This document shows positions 25,862-34,361 of a stretch of 47,094 nt of DNA, piece after piece (position 1 is the first letter of the stretch; every line of letters starts with the position of its first letter). A program made the translations under genes and the position numbers. The notes under the pieces were generated by a model. The model was not told where the DNA came from. It saw only the letters and a list, made by a program, of their open reading frames with translations, and made no database searches. Source of the stretch: Gemmatimonadota bacterium (GTDB taxonomy: Bacteria > Latescibacterota > UBA2968 > UBA8231); assembly GCA_038128265.1 (NCBI GenBank), contig JAYPJE010000011.1, positions 43,312-90,405 on the forward strand, read 5' to 3'.

Positions 25862-27591
25862 GGCAGCGGCTGTCCGGAACCCTCCTCTAAGCGCGCTACT
25901 TGGCGGCCAGCCACGCGTTCAAAGCGCTCTTTCCGTCCCGAAGGCCAGTGCACGTCCAGCCAGTCGGCCGCCTGCTGCGCTCCCAAACCAAAGTGCACTC
26001 TAAGATCGCTCTGCGATAGATACGAACGGCTGCCGCGGACTTCGCGCACCTGTTTGACGCCGCCTGCCGACAGGGTGAGGCGTGCGCCAATGCCGTGCCG
26101 GTTGGAATCTACGCCGTGCAGCTCAACCCATAGCCAGTGCGCATCGCTACGGGCGCTGTCGTTGCGAAACAAGTTGAGCTCTTGCCCCACGTTGAATACC
26201 AGCAGATCTACATCGCCGTCGTCGTCGTAATCGCCGCTGGCTGATCCGCGACTGACCCGTTCGCTCGCCAGTCCGGCCTGTAGCCCGACCTCGCTAAAGC
26301 GGACGGGGCCTGCTGCAGCTCCGTCGTTGCGGAACAGCAGGTTGCGTTGGGCATATTGCGTCGATTGGTCTACGTCCTCGACGTTGTCTAGAACGTGTCC
26401 GTTGGCGGTAAAAAGGTCGAGGTCGCCATCGTGGTCGTAGTCGATAAATTGCGTTCCGAAGCCCAGGTAGGGTAGCGTTACCATGCCGGTGCCGGATGTA
26501 AAGGTCGCAATGGAAAAAAACTGGTTTCCCTCGTTGTGGTAGAGGGCATTGGGCTCGGCCTGAAAGTTGGTCACCGTCAGGTCGAGCAGGCCGTCGCCGT
26601 CGTAGTCGCCCCAGTCGACGCCCATGCCCGCTTCCATCTGCCCATCCTGTCCGTAGGCCACGCCCGAAAGAGAAGCTCCTTCGACAAAGGTGCCATCCTG
26701 CGCATTGCGATAGAGAAAGTTGCGCACGGCGTCGTTGGCTACGTAGATATCGGGCCAACCATCGACGTCGTAATCGGCAAATACGACGCCTAGCCCCTTT
26801 CCTCCTTCATCAAAAATACCCGTTTCTCGGGCCACTTCGACAAAGTGACCCGAGCCGTCGTTGCGGTAGAGGCGATCGGGAGAACCGGGGAAGTTTGCCG
26901 GATGGGGATAGCCTTTTTCAACATCGCCTTCGTAGGAATCGTAGTCGGACATGTAGGGCGCATTATCGCGCGCAGCATCGCTCAGAGCATAGCGGACGTA
27001 GTTAGCGACATAGAGGTCGAGATCGCCGTCGCGGTCGTAGTCGGCAAACGCGCAGCTACTGCCCCACAGGGAATCATCGGTAGCGCTGCTGTGGCTTATG
27101 TCGACAAAGCGGCCGCCGTCGTTGCGCAGTAGGACGTTGGCTCCAAAATTGGCGACGTAGAGGTCGAGGTCGCCGTCGCCGTCGATATCGCCGGCTGCCG
27201 TTCCCATTCCATAGCCGCGGTCATCTGCGCCGGCCGCTTGTGAGATGGCGATAAAATGACCGCCGTCGTTGCGAAATAGAGCATTGGGGGGGCGATCGGC
27301 GCGCACGCCGTCTAATGGTCCGCCGTTGACCGCGTATACATCTAGGTCCCCATCGCCGTCGTAGTCGAAGAGCGCGCCGCCTCCACTCATTGTTTCCGGA
27401 AAAAACTTGTTTGTGCTGGCGCCGTTGTCGTGCTTCCAGACGAGGCCCACGTCAGACGCGACCTCTACAAAGTGGACCGCATCGTGCTCGGTGGTGGGTG
27501 CAGCGGGGGGCGTTGGCGGCGTGGGTTCAGAGGATGGTTCGCTGCAGGCCGTATAGAGCAACAGCGAGGCGATGAGCGGTTGGATGCGCAT
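25858..27591 (-). CDS. CRTAC1-family lipoprotein (FG-GAP repeats plus ASPIC/UnbV domain)
   Basis: Lipobox YTAC; repeated DYDGDGDLDLYVAN; GMGVDWGDYD; C-terminal GIGAR...SYLSQ...HFGLG...WPSG. Confidence 0.92.
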   Translation of the reverse strand: MRIQPLIASLLLYTACSEPSSEPTPPTPPAAPTTEHDAVHFVEVASDVGLVWKHDNGASTNKFFPETMSGGGALFDYDGDGDLDVYAVNGGPLDGVRADRPPNALFRNDGGHFIAISQAAGADDRGYGMGTAAGDIDGDGDLDLYVANFGANVLLRNDGGRFVDISHSSATDDSLWGSSCAFADYDRDGDLDLYVANYVRYALSDAARDNAPYMSDYDSYEGDVEKGYPHPANFPGSPDRLYRNDGSGHFVEVARETGIFDEGGKGLGVVFADYDVDGWPDIYVANDAVRNFLYRNAQDGTFVEGASLSGVAYGQDGQMEAGMGVDWGDYDGDGLLDLTVTNFQAEPNALYHNEGNQFFSIATFTSGTGMVTLPYLGFGTQFIDYDHDGDLDLFTANGHVLDNVEDVDQSTQYAQRNLLFRNDGAAAGPVRFSEVGLQAGLASERVSRGSASGDYDDDGDVDLLVFNVGQELNLFRNDSARSDAHWLWVELHGVDSNRHGIGARLTLSAGGVKQVREVRGSRSYLSQSDLRVHFGLGAQQAADWLDVHWPSGRKERFERVAGRQVARLEEGSGQPLP

Positions 27592-29097
27592 TTAGAGCTG
27601 AGATTCGAGCTGTGTAAGGCGCTGTTGGGCGCGTCTGCGCCAGGATGGGTCGCCCTCAGGGCCATCGATGAATGTGCGATAGGAACGCAGGGCTGCGGCG
27701 GTAGAGTCCATTGCTTCGTAGACGGTGGCCAAACCATAGTGCGCCTGCGCGTACTGCGGATCAATTTCTAGGGCACTGCGAAAGGATCGGTAGGCCAACG
27801 GCCATGCCGCTTGGCGCTGATGAATAATGGCCAGATTGAAGTGGGCATCAACCAATAGGGAATCGGCGGCGATGGCCCGTACAAAGGATCGCTGAGCGGC
27901 CGTTAGATCGCCTCGTTGCTGCTGTAGATTGCCGAGATTATTCCATGCTTGGGCCTGCTGCGGATCGAGGGCAAGCGAGCGCGAAAAAGCGCTTTCTGCT
28001 TTGCCGTAGCGCTTTTCCACATAGTGAATGTAGCCGGCCGTAACGTGCAGGGCGCTCGTGCGGGGATCGCTCTCATGGGCAACGATGCCGCGCTGGCACA
28101 GCGCCAGGCTTTCGTTGAGTTCGCCCTGTCGCAGTAGGAGGCTCGAAAGGCGCACTAGCGTTTCGACGTGCAGTGAGTCGACCAGCAAGACGGCGCGATA
28201 GTGATCGCGGGCGCGGTGTGGCTGCTCAAGTGCGGCGTAGTGGTGTGCCAAGGCCAGGTGCAGGCTGACGTCGTCGGGTGCCTCGTCGAGCGATCGGCGC
28301 AGCTGGGCAATCTCGGCGCTGCGCTGGGCGAGCTCTTCAAAGCGCTGCATATAGATCTGCGCCTCTTGCCGCCGACCGAATTGGGCGAGCGCTGTGGCCA
28401 TATTGTAGTGGGTCTCGACGTGCAGCGGGCGCGTATCAAGTGCGCGTTGAAAAAAGGCGAGCGCCTGCTGCGGTCGATTCATACGCACGCTGAGTTGACC
28501 CAAGACACGCGCCGTCTCGGCATCGGTAGAATCGATAGACCAGGCTGCACTCAGCTGTTTTTCTGCTGCGTCAAAGTGGCCTTGTTGCATGTGCAGCGAG
28601 CCCAGCTGGCGGTTGAGCTGGGGCGATTCCGGTGCGAGGGAAAGGGCGCGTTGGAGCGCGGTAGTGGCCAGTTCGTACTGTGCCTGTTTGGTGTAAAAGA
28701 GCGCGAGGGTGCTGAGCGCAGGCGCGTAGTCTGGCAGTTGCTCCAATAGGACAATGGCCTCGGGTAGCCGGCCTTGGTCGGCGCGTAGTACGGCGAGATT
28801 GTGCCGGCTTTCGGCGTGGTTTTTATCGGCTTCCAAGGCGAGCTCGTACTCCTGCGCCGCCAGGCTAGCCTGCCCAAGCTGGGCGTAGATATTGCCGCTT
28901 TCGAAGTGCGCCAGATGGGCTAGGGCGGGTGCATGCTCTCGCGCGGCTTGGAATAGGTCGAGCGCTTCTCTGTAGCGCTGCTGCCCCGAGGCTGCGCGGC
29001 CCTGCTCAAACAGAGGGTGGATTGCCGAAGACGGATCCTCTGACGGCGGCTCTGCGCAGGCCCATAGGGTGGCCGCGACGAGTATGCACGTCACCAT
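27592..29097 (-). CDS. TPR-repeat lipoprotein
   Basis: Start moved to ATG 29097 (MVTCILVAATLWAC); multiple TPRs (AWNNLGNL, AHFNLA, AHYGLA). Confidence 0.85.
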   Translation of the reverse strand: MVTCILVAATLWACAEPPSEDPSSAIHPLFEQGRAASGQQRYREALDLFQAAREHAPALAHLAHFESGNIYAQLGQASLAAQEYELALEADKNHAESRHNLAVLRADQGRLPEAIVLLEQLPDYAPALSTLALFYTKQAQYELATTALQRALSLAPESPQLNRQLGSLHMQQGHFDAAEKQLSAAWSIDSTDAETARVLGQLSVRMNRPQQALAFFQRALDTRPLHVETHYNMATALAQFGRRQEAQIYMQRFEELAQRSAEIAQLRRSLDEAPDDVSLHLALAHHYAALEQPHRARDHYRAVLLVDSLHVETLVRLSSLLLRQGELNESLALCQRGIVAHESDPRTSALHVTAGYIHYVEKRYGKAESAFSRSLALDPQQAQAWNNLGNLQQQRGDLTAAQRSFVRAIAADSLLVDAHFNLAIIHQRQAAWPLAYRSFRSALEIDPQYAQAHYGLATVYEAMDSTAAALRSYRTFIDGPEGDPSWRRRAQQRLTQLESQL

Positions 29098-29110
29098 ATT
29101 CACCGTGTAG

Positions 29111-30475
29111 CTACTGGCCCAACTGGCTGCGTGCCTGCGCCATTTTCTGTTCCAGCTGGGGCGATACATTCTGCTGGCTGCTGGCTGTCCACGCTTCAAG
29201 CGCGCTCGTCCAGTTGCCCTCGGCGGCGTGAATGTCGCCCAGCGTTTCGCGCGCCCCGGCCAGGGCTGGGTCAATCTCCAGGGCGCGGCGCACGGCGGTC
29301 AGGGCATCTTCATAGCGCGTTAAATCGTAATAGCCACGGCTCAGATTGGCCTGATAAAAGCCGGCCTGTGGATCGATTTGGGTCGCCTGCTCGTAGTGGT
29401 GCACGGCCGAAGATACATCGCCGGCGCTGTGCAATAGGAGCCCGAGATTATTGTGCGTGTCAGCCAGCTTGGAATCAATCTGCAAGGCGCGCAGGTAGAG
29501 CGCTTGCGCTCTGCCTGCGTAGCTGGCCCGAGCCTCGGGCGTCGTGCCCAAGCGCTGATACAGATTGCCCAGACCCTGATAGGCCAGGGCGAAGGTGCTG
29601 TCGAGCTCGATGGCTTGGCCGAAGTGCTGGGCAGCGGAGCGCAGCCGACTAAAGCGCGCATACATAATTGCCAGGTTGTAGTGAGCCTGCGGTTGGTTGG
29701 GGTTTTGGCGCAGGGCGTTCTGGTGCGGCGTGAGCTGGGTTGCCTCTTCCTCTAGCTGCTGAGCGCGCTGCAGCAGTCGTTGGCCAATTTCTGCTTTGCC
29801 CTGTCGGATAAAGGTTTGGCCAAGGCCGTGGTAGGCCGTGCTGTAATACGGTTGCGCATCGGCCGCCCGCTGTAGCTCGCGCTGGGCGCGCTCGACGTTG
29901 CCCGCCTGCAAATAGGCCAATCCCAGCTGCGTGCGCACTTGCGCGTTGCTCGTGTCAGCTTGCACCAGCTGCGAAAACAGGTCGACCGCTTCATCGGCAA
30001 GCCCTTCGCGCAGCTGTATCAGCGCAAGCGTGTATTTGGCTTCGGCGGCCTGTGGTGCGATCTGCAGGGCTTGTTGCAGCAGCGCTCTGGCAGCATCCGC
30101 ATTGCCGTCGACGTCGTATAGCAGCTTACCCAGCGCTATGCGCGGAGCGGCGTAGTCGCTCTTGAGCTCAATGGCGCGCTCGAACAGCGCACGTGCCTCT
30201 CCATAGCGGCTCGTCGCGTGCAGCACCGTGCCGAGGTAATAGGGGTACTGTGGGTTGGTCGGTGCTGCGTTCATCGCCTGCTGGTAGCGCGATTCGGCTC
30301 CGTTAAAATCAGCGCGTGCCTGCAGCGCGCGGCCCTGCTCAAAGAGCTCGCTGGCCGTCGGAAGCGCCTTGGCCTGAACCGGCGCTGAATTGTCGGCTGA
30401 GGGCACCGTAGGTTGGGGCGCCTCTTCGCCACAGCCAATGCACAGGGCAAAGAGGGGGATGAATCGGTACTTCAT
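29111..30475 (-). CDS. TPR-repeat lipoprotein
   Basis: Lipobox CIGC; many TPRs (AHYNLA, AYQGLGNLY, THNNLGLLL). Confidence 0.88.
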   Translation of the reverse strand: MKYRFIPLFALCIGCGEEAPQPTVPSADNSAPVQAKALPTASELFEQGRALQARADFNGAESRYQQAMNAAPTNPQYPYYLGTVLHATSRYGEARALFERAIELKSDYAAPRIALGKLLYDVDGNADAARALLQQALQIAPQAAEAKYTLALIQLREGLADEAVDLFSQLVQADTSNAQVRTQLGLAYLQAGNVERAQRELQRAADAQPYYSTAYHGLGQTFIRQGKAEIGQRLLQRAQQLEEEATQLTPHQNALRQNPNQPQAHYNLAIMYARFSRLRSAAQHFGQAIELDSTFALAYQGLGNLYQRLGTTPEARASYAGRAQALYLRALQIDSKLADTHNNLGLLLHSAGDVSSAVHHYEQATQIDPQAGFYQANLSRGYYDLTRYEDALTAVRRALEIDPALAGARETLGDIHAAEGNWTSALEAWTASSQQNVSPQLEQKMAQARSQLGQ

Positions 30476-30478
30476 GAT

Positions 30479-32143
30479 TTACTCCGCGTTGATTGTTGCA
30501 TTTTCCCTATTAATCGTGTAGAAGTCATTGGCTTCAACGGCGGCAAACTCTTGCTCGCTGCCATCGGGCCAGCGAATGCGAAGGTCTGCGCGTTCGTGGT
30601 GCCCCAGACCAAAGTGCTGGCGCAGGTCGTTTTGCGATTGAAAGCTCGTTCCCGTGCGCACTTCGCGCATCTGCAAGGTGCTGTCCGTCTGCACGTAAAT
30701 GCGCGCGCCAATGCCCTCTCTATTAAAGCCTTTGGAACGCAGGCGCAGCGACAGCCAGTTGCCGCGCGGCTGACTGTCGTTGCGCAATAAATTGGGTCTG
30801 GCATCCAGGTTGGCCACTAGGATATCCAGGTCTCCGTCGTTGTCGTAGTCTCCGTAGGCCGCCGCGCGGCTGACCTCGGCGATATGCAACCCCGACCCCG
30901 CGCGCTGCGACACATCGACAAACTTGCCGTTACCGGCGTTCTGGTAGAGCAGGTTGGGTTGCCTATAGTGCATGGCGATACCAGCTTGCTCTATTTCTGG
31001 CATGAGGTGGCCATTGGCTACAAAAAGGTCCTCATAGCCGTCGCAGTCCATATCAAAAAAGAACGTACCCCACCCCATGTGCGGACGGCTGCTTCCCGCC
31101 AGGTTAGCGCGTCCGCTGACATCGAGAAAGTAGCCCTGGCCGCTGTTGCGATACAGCGTGTTGTGATCCTGTGAGAAGTTAGTCACAAAGAGGTCAAAGC
31201 GCCCGTCGCGATCGTAGTCGCCGACGGCAACGCCCATGCCCGCCTGCGGGCGTCCGTCGCCGCTGTAGGCGACCGACTGCACCAGCGCAACATCGACAAA
31301 GCGCTGGCCGTCGTTGCGAAATAGGCTATTGGGATGGCCGTCGTTGGCCACGTAGATATCGGGGTCGCCGTCGTCGTCGTAGTCGGTCCAGACAACGCCC
31401 ATGCCGTAGTAGGTTCTACCGGCAATACCCATGCTGCGGCTCACTTCGCTAAAACGCCCATCGCCCTCGTTGCGGTACAGCAAATCGGCCTGCGCTTCGG
31501 CTCCGACCGGTCCGCAGGCGGCGGGCACGCCGTTGTGCGTGCACCAGCGATCGTAAAAGGGGGGGCCGCCGAGCGAAAAGTCGATGTAGTTGGCCACGTA
31601 CAGGTCGAGGTCGCCATCCAGGTCAAAATCGGCAAAAGATGCGCCGATGCCCCAGGCCTCTGAACCGAGTCCCGCGTGCTCGGTATGGTCGGAAAAGGTG
31701 CCGTCGCCGCCGTTGCGCAGCAGCGCGTCGGTCCCCCAGCGCGTCGCGTAGAGGTCCGTATCGCCGTCGCCGTCGTAATCGGCAAAGGCCATGCCCATCG
31801 TCCAGCCCTCCAGATGCGTGTTGCTCTGCGCCGTCGCGTTGGCAAAGCGAGCATTGCCCAGGCCCCGGTACAGGGCCGTTCCGGGCGTATGAGTTTGGGC
31901 ACTGTCTGCTGCAACGCCGTTAGTGAAATACACGTCGAGCACGCCATCGCCGTCGTAGTCAAAGAAGCCGCCTCCCGCAGACTGCGTTTCGACTATATAG
32001 CGCTTTTCAGCTGAACCGGAGGCGTTGATGAAATCAAGGCCCGATTCAACGGCGACATCTACAAAGTGCAGCGTCTGTGCGCGGGCGCTGCTGCACCAGC
32101 AGGCACAGGCCATTCCCGTCAGATAGGCGATTGTTCGAAACAT
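30479..32143 (-). CDS. CRTAC1-family protein (FG-GAP repeats plus ASPIC/UnbV domain)
   Basis: Start moved to ATG 32143 (signal ending SARA); repeated DYDGDG, AGMGVAVGDYD, GIGAR...SFQSQ...HFGLG...WPDG. Confidence 0.92.
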   Translation of the reverse strand: MFRTIAYLTGMACACWCSSARAQTLHFVDVAVESGLDFINASGSAEKRYIVETQSAGGGFFDYDGDGVLDVYFTNGVAADSAQTHTPGTALYRGLGNARFANATAQSNTHLEGWTMGMAFADYDGDGDTDLYATRWGTDALLRNGGDGTFSDHTEHAGLGSEAWGIGASFADFDLDGDLDLYVANYIDFSLGGPPFYDRWCTHNGVPAACGPVGAEAQADLLYRNEGDGRFSEVSRSMGIAGRTYYGMGVVWTDYDDDGDPDIYVANDGHPNSLFRNDGQRFVDVALVQSVAYSGDGRPQAGMGVAVGDYDRDGRFDLFVTNFSQDHNTLYRNSGQGYFLDVSGRANLAGSSRPHMGWGTFFFDMDCDGYEDLFVANGHLMPEIEQAGIAMHYRQPNLLYQNAGNGKFVDVSQRAGSGLHIAEVSRAAAYGDYDNDGDLDILVANLDARPNLLRNDSQPRGNWLSLRLRSKGFNREGIGARIYVQTDSTLQMREVRTGTSFQSQNDLRQHFGLGHHERADLRIRWPDGSEQEFAAVEANDFYTINRENATINAE

Positions 32144-32165
32144 AAGAGAGGCATGGCTCGATTCG

Positions 32166-34283
32166 TTACGGAGTCGACGCGCCGGCAGTGACCGACTGCA
32201 GTGCACGGCGAATGGCCGGTGCTTCGGGAAATTGTTCATGCAGCGAACGCAGGCGACTCAGGCCCCGCTGCACTTGGCCCTCTTGGATATCGATCAGGCA
32301 AAGGTTAATCTGTGCGTCGAGGTTGTCCGGCGCTCGTTGCAAGGCATGGGTAAAAAACGTGCGCGCTTGGTCTCGGCGACCCGCTACAAAGTGAACGGCG
32401 CCGATGGCATTGGCTGCATCGGCGAGTTGGCCGATGGCCCATGCTCTTTCGTAGGCGATGAGTGCATCGGCCACATTGCCCGCTCCGTGTCGTGCCCGCC
32501 CGAGTTCGTAGTGAATCCAGGGATCGCTCGGTTTCCATGCGGCGGCTTGCTCGAACGCTGCGCTCGCGCGCTCGTAGCGACGCGCTTGGTAGAGAAAACG
32601 ACCGTAGTAATAATGCGTTAATCCACTGCTCGGATCAATGTCTAAGGCGCGGCGAAAGGACTGCTCGGCCCGCTGGAAATTACCCTGTTTGGCGTAGGCG
32701 CGGCCGAGCAGCGCATGCGTATCGGGCCGCTGTGGATTTTCGCGCACGGTCTCTTCACCGGCGACAATGGCTCGGTCGAGTGCGCCTAGGTTGAACAGGG
32801 CAACGGCTAGGTTATGACGTGCGTAATTGTAAGTGGGTTCCAATTGCAGAGCCTTCTGTGCATGCGCCGCTGCGAGTTCATACGACCCCTTGCGCAGATA
32901 CACTTCGCCCAGGTCGAATTGCAGCTGCGCATCGCGCGTTGGGTCGGCTGCGGAACGCAGGTTAAAAACAAGGACTAGTGCGGCGAAGATCCACAGCGTT
33001 TTATCCGCACGCCAGCCCGTTGTCTGGCATACTCTACTGTATATACCGAGACCGCCGACAGATGCAAAGAGAATGAGAATGGGCAGCACGGGCATTCGGT
33101 AGCGGGCCGCTACAAAAAAGAGCACGACAGAGAGCACGTAGGTAAGGGAGTACAGGCGAATAATGGATACGCTTGATGACCGGCTGCGCCAGGTGGCATA
33201 CAGTCCAATAAGGGATAGGGGACCGATAAGGCCGAAGGGAAAGGAAAGGGCGTAGTCCCAGAGCAGCGCGCTGAGCACGTATGAGTACTGACGTGCAAAG
33301 TAAATATCAATATTGCGCTTTATCTCCGGTCCACTAAAAAAGAGCCCCAGCTTATGCAGCAGCGTTTGCGCGTATTCCAGCGGATTTGCCGCTATGTATT
33401 GGAACGAGCGCGCGAAGAAGTAGGCCGACTTTGCCGCGGCGGTAGTGTGGCCGGCTCGGATGGGTTCCATTGCCATTGCTTCCCAGCGCATGCCGGGATG
33501 GATGGAGACTTTTTCCTCATAGTGGCCGCTGTTGCCGATGTAGAAGTTGATGCCACCGTTTGACGAGATCAGCACCAGCTCGGGCTCCATGATGTAGTTG
33601 CGCACGGTAACGGGGACGATTGTCAGTGCAAGAGAGCCGAGCAGGAGCAATAGCTGCAGAAAGCGCTTCCATCTCCCATTCGGGTCTTGAACCGATGATG
33701 CGATAGACCACAGCGCAAAAGCGGCGACGAAAAGTAGCACGTTGGGACGCGTGAGTGCCGCTAGCCCGGCGATTAGGCCGGCCCCAATCCAGGGAGCATA
33801 CGTTGCCTTTTCGACGGCGACGGTGAGGCGCTGCAGCAGCAAGAGGTTTAAAAATACCTCGAGCGCAACGGCGAGCAGTTCGCCCTCGAAAAAAATGGAA
33901 GTGCCACATAGCGCCGCTGCGACGGTGGCGACGCGGGCGGTTTTCTCGTCGAAACAGCGGGCTGCTAGGGTATATAGCAGCCCGCAGGATAGGGTGCCCA
34001 GCACGGCTTGTAACAGGCGGATAGCGACAAAGTAATCGCCCGGAAACAGCCAGCAGACAAACGCCAGTAAGTATATATACAGGGGGGGCTGCCAAAAGGG
34101 CTCGTTACCGCCCCAAAGGTCGCCGGCCGCGATGCTGTGTGCCTGTCGACGAAATGTCTGTGCATCGACTCTGGGGGCGTCGAAGAAGGGGGTGGCGCTC
34201 GACTCCCAAAGAAAGAGCCGGCGCAGAGCCAGTGCGCCGAAAAGAGAAGACCAGAGAAAGGGGTTGTTGTACAATACGGACAT
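32166..34283 (-). CDS. GT39/PMT_2-like membrane glycosyltransferase fused to C-terminal TPRs
   Basis: Multi-TM N-terminus with PFWQPPLY, TRPNVLLF, NFYIGN, ARYRMP; TPRs in the last ~250 aa. Confidence 0.85.
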   Translation of the reverse strand: MSVLYNNPFLWSSLFGALALRRLFLWESSATPFFDAPRVDAQTFRRQAHSIAAGDLWGGNEPFWQPPLYIYLLAFVCWLFPGDYFVAIRLLQAVLGTLSCGLLYTLAARCFDEKTARVATVAAALCGTSIFFEGELLAVALEVFLNLLLLQRLTVAVEKATYAPWIGAGLIAGLAALTRPNVLLFVAAFALWSIASSVQDPNGRWKRFLQLLLLLGSLALTIVPVTVRNYIMEPELVLISSNGGINFYIGNSGHYEEKVSIHPGMRWEAMAMEPIRAGHTTAAAKSAYFFARSFQYIAANPLEYAQTLLHKLGLFFSGPEIKRNIDIYFARQYSYVLSALLWDYALSFPFGLIGPLSLIGLYATWRSRSSSVSIIRLYSLTYVLSVVLFFVAARYRMPVLPILILFASVGGLGIYSRVCQTTGWRADKTLWIFAALVLVFNLRSAADPTRDAQLQFDLGEVYLRKGSYELAAAHAQKALQLEPTYNYARHNLAVALFNLGALDRAIVAGEETVRENPQRPDTHALLGRAYAKQGNFQRAEQSFRRALDIDPSSGLTHYYYGRFLYQARRYERASAAFEQAAAWKPSDPWIHYELGRARHGAGNVADALIAYERAWAIGQLADAANAIGAVHFVAGRRDQARTFFTHALQRAPDNLDAQINLCLIDIQEGQVQRGLSRLRSLHEQFPEAPAIRRALQSVTAGASTP

Positions 34284-34295
34284 GGTCTGATAGGC

Positions 34296-34335
34296 AAAAA
34301 AGAATTCGGGGGCGAGACCATGCCTCGCCCCCGAA
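34296..34335 (-). terminator. Intrinsic terminator of the 37031-34362 gene
   Basis: Minus strand: 12-bp stem TTCGGGGGCGAG-gcatggt-CTCGCCCCCGAA followed by TTCTTTTTT. Confidence 0.8.
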
Positions 34336-34361
34336 GGTGTTAGACCCGATGTGGCGCGTCG

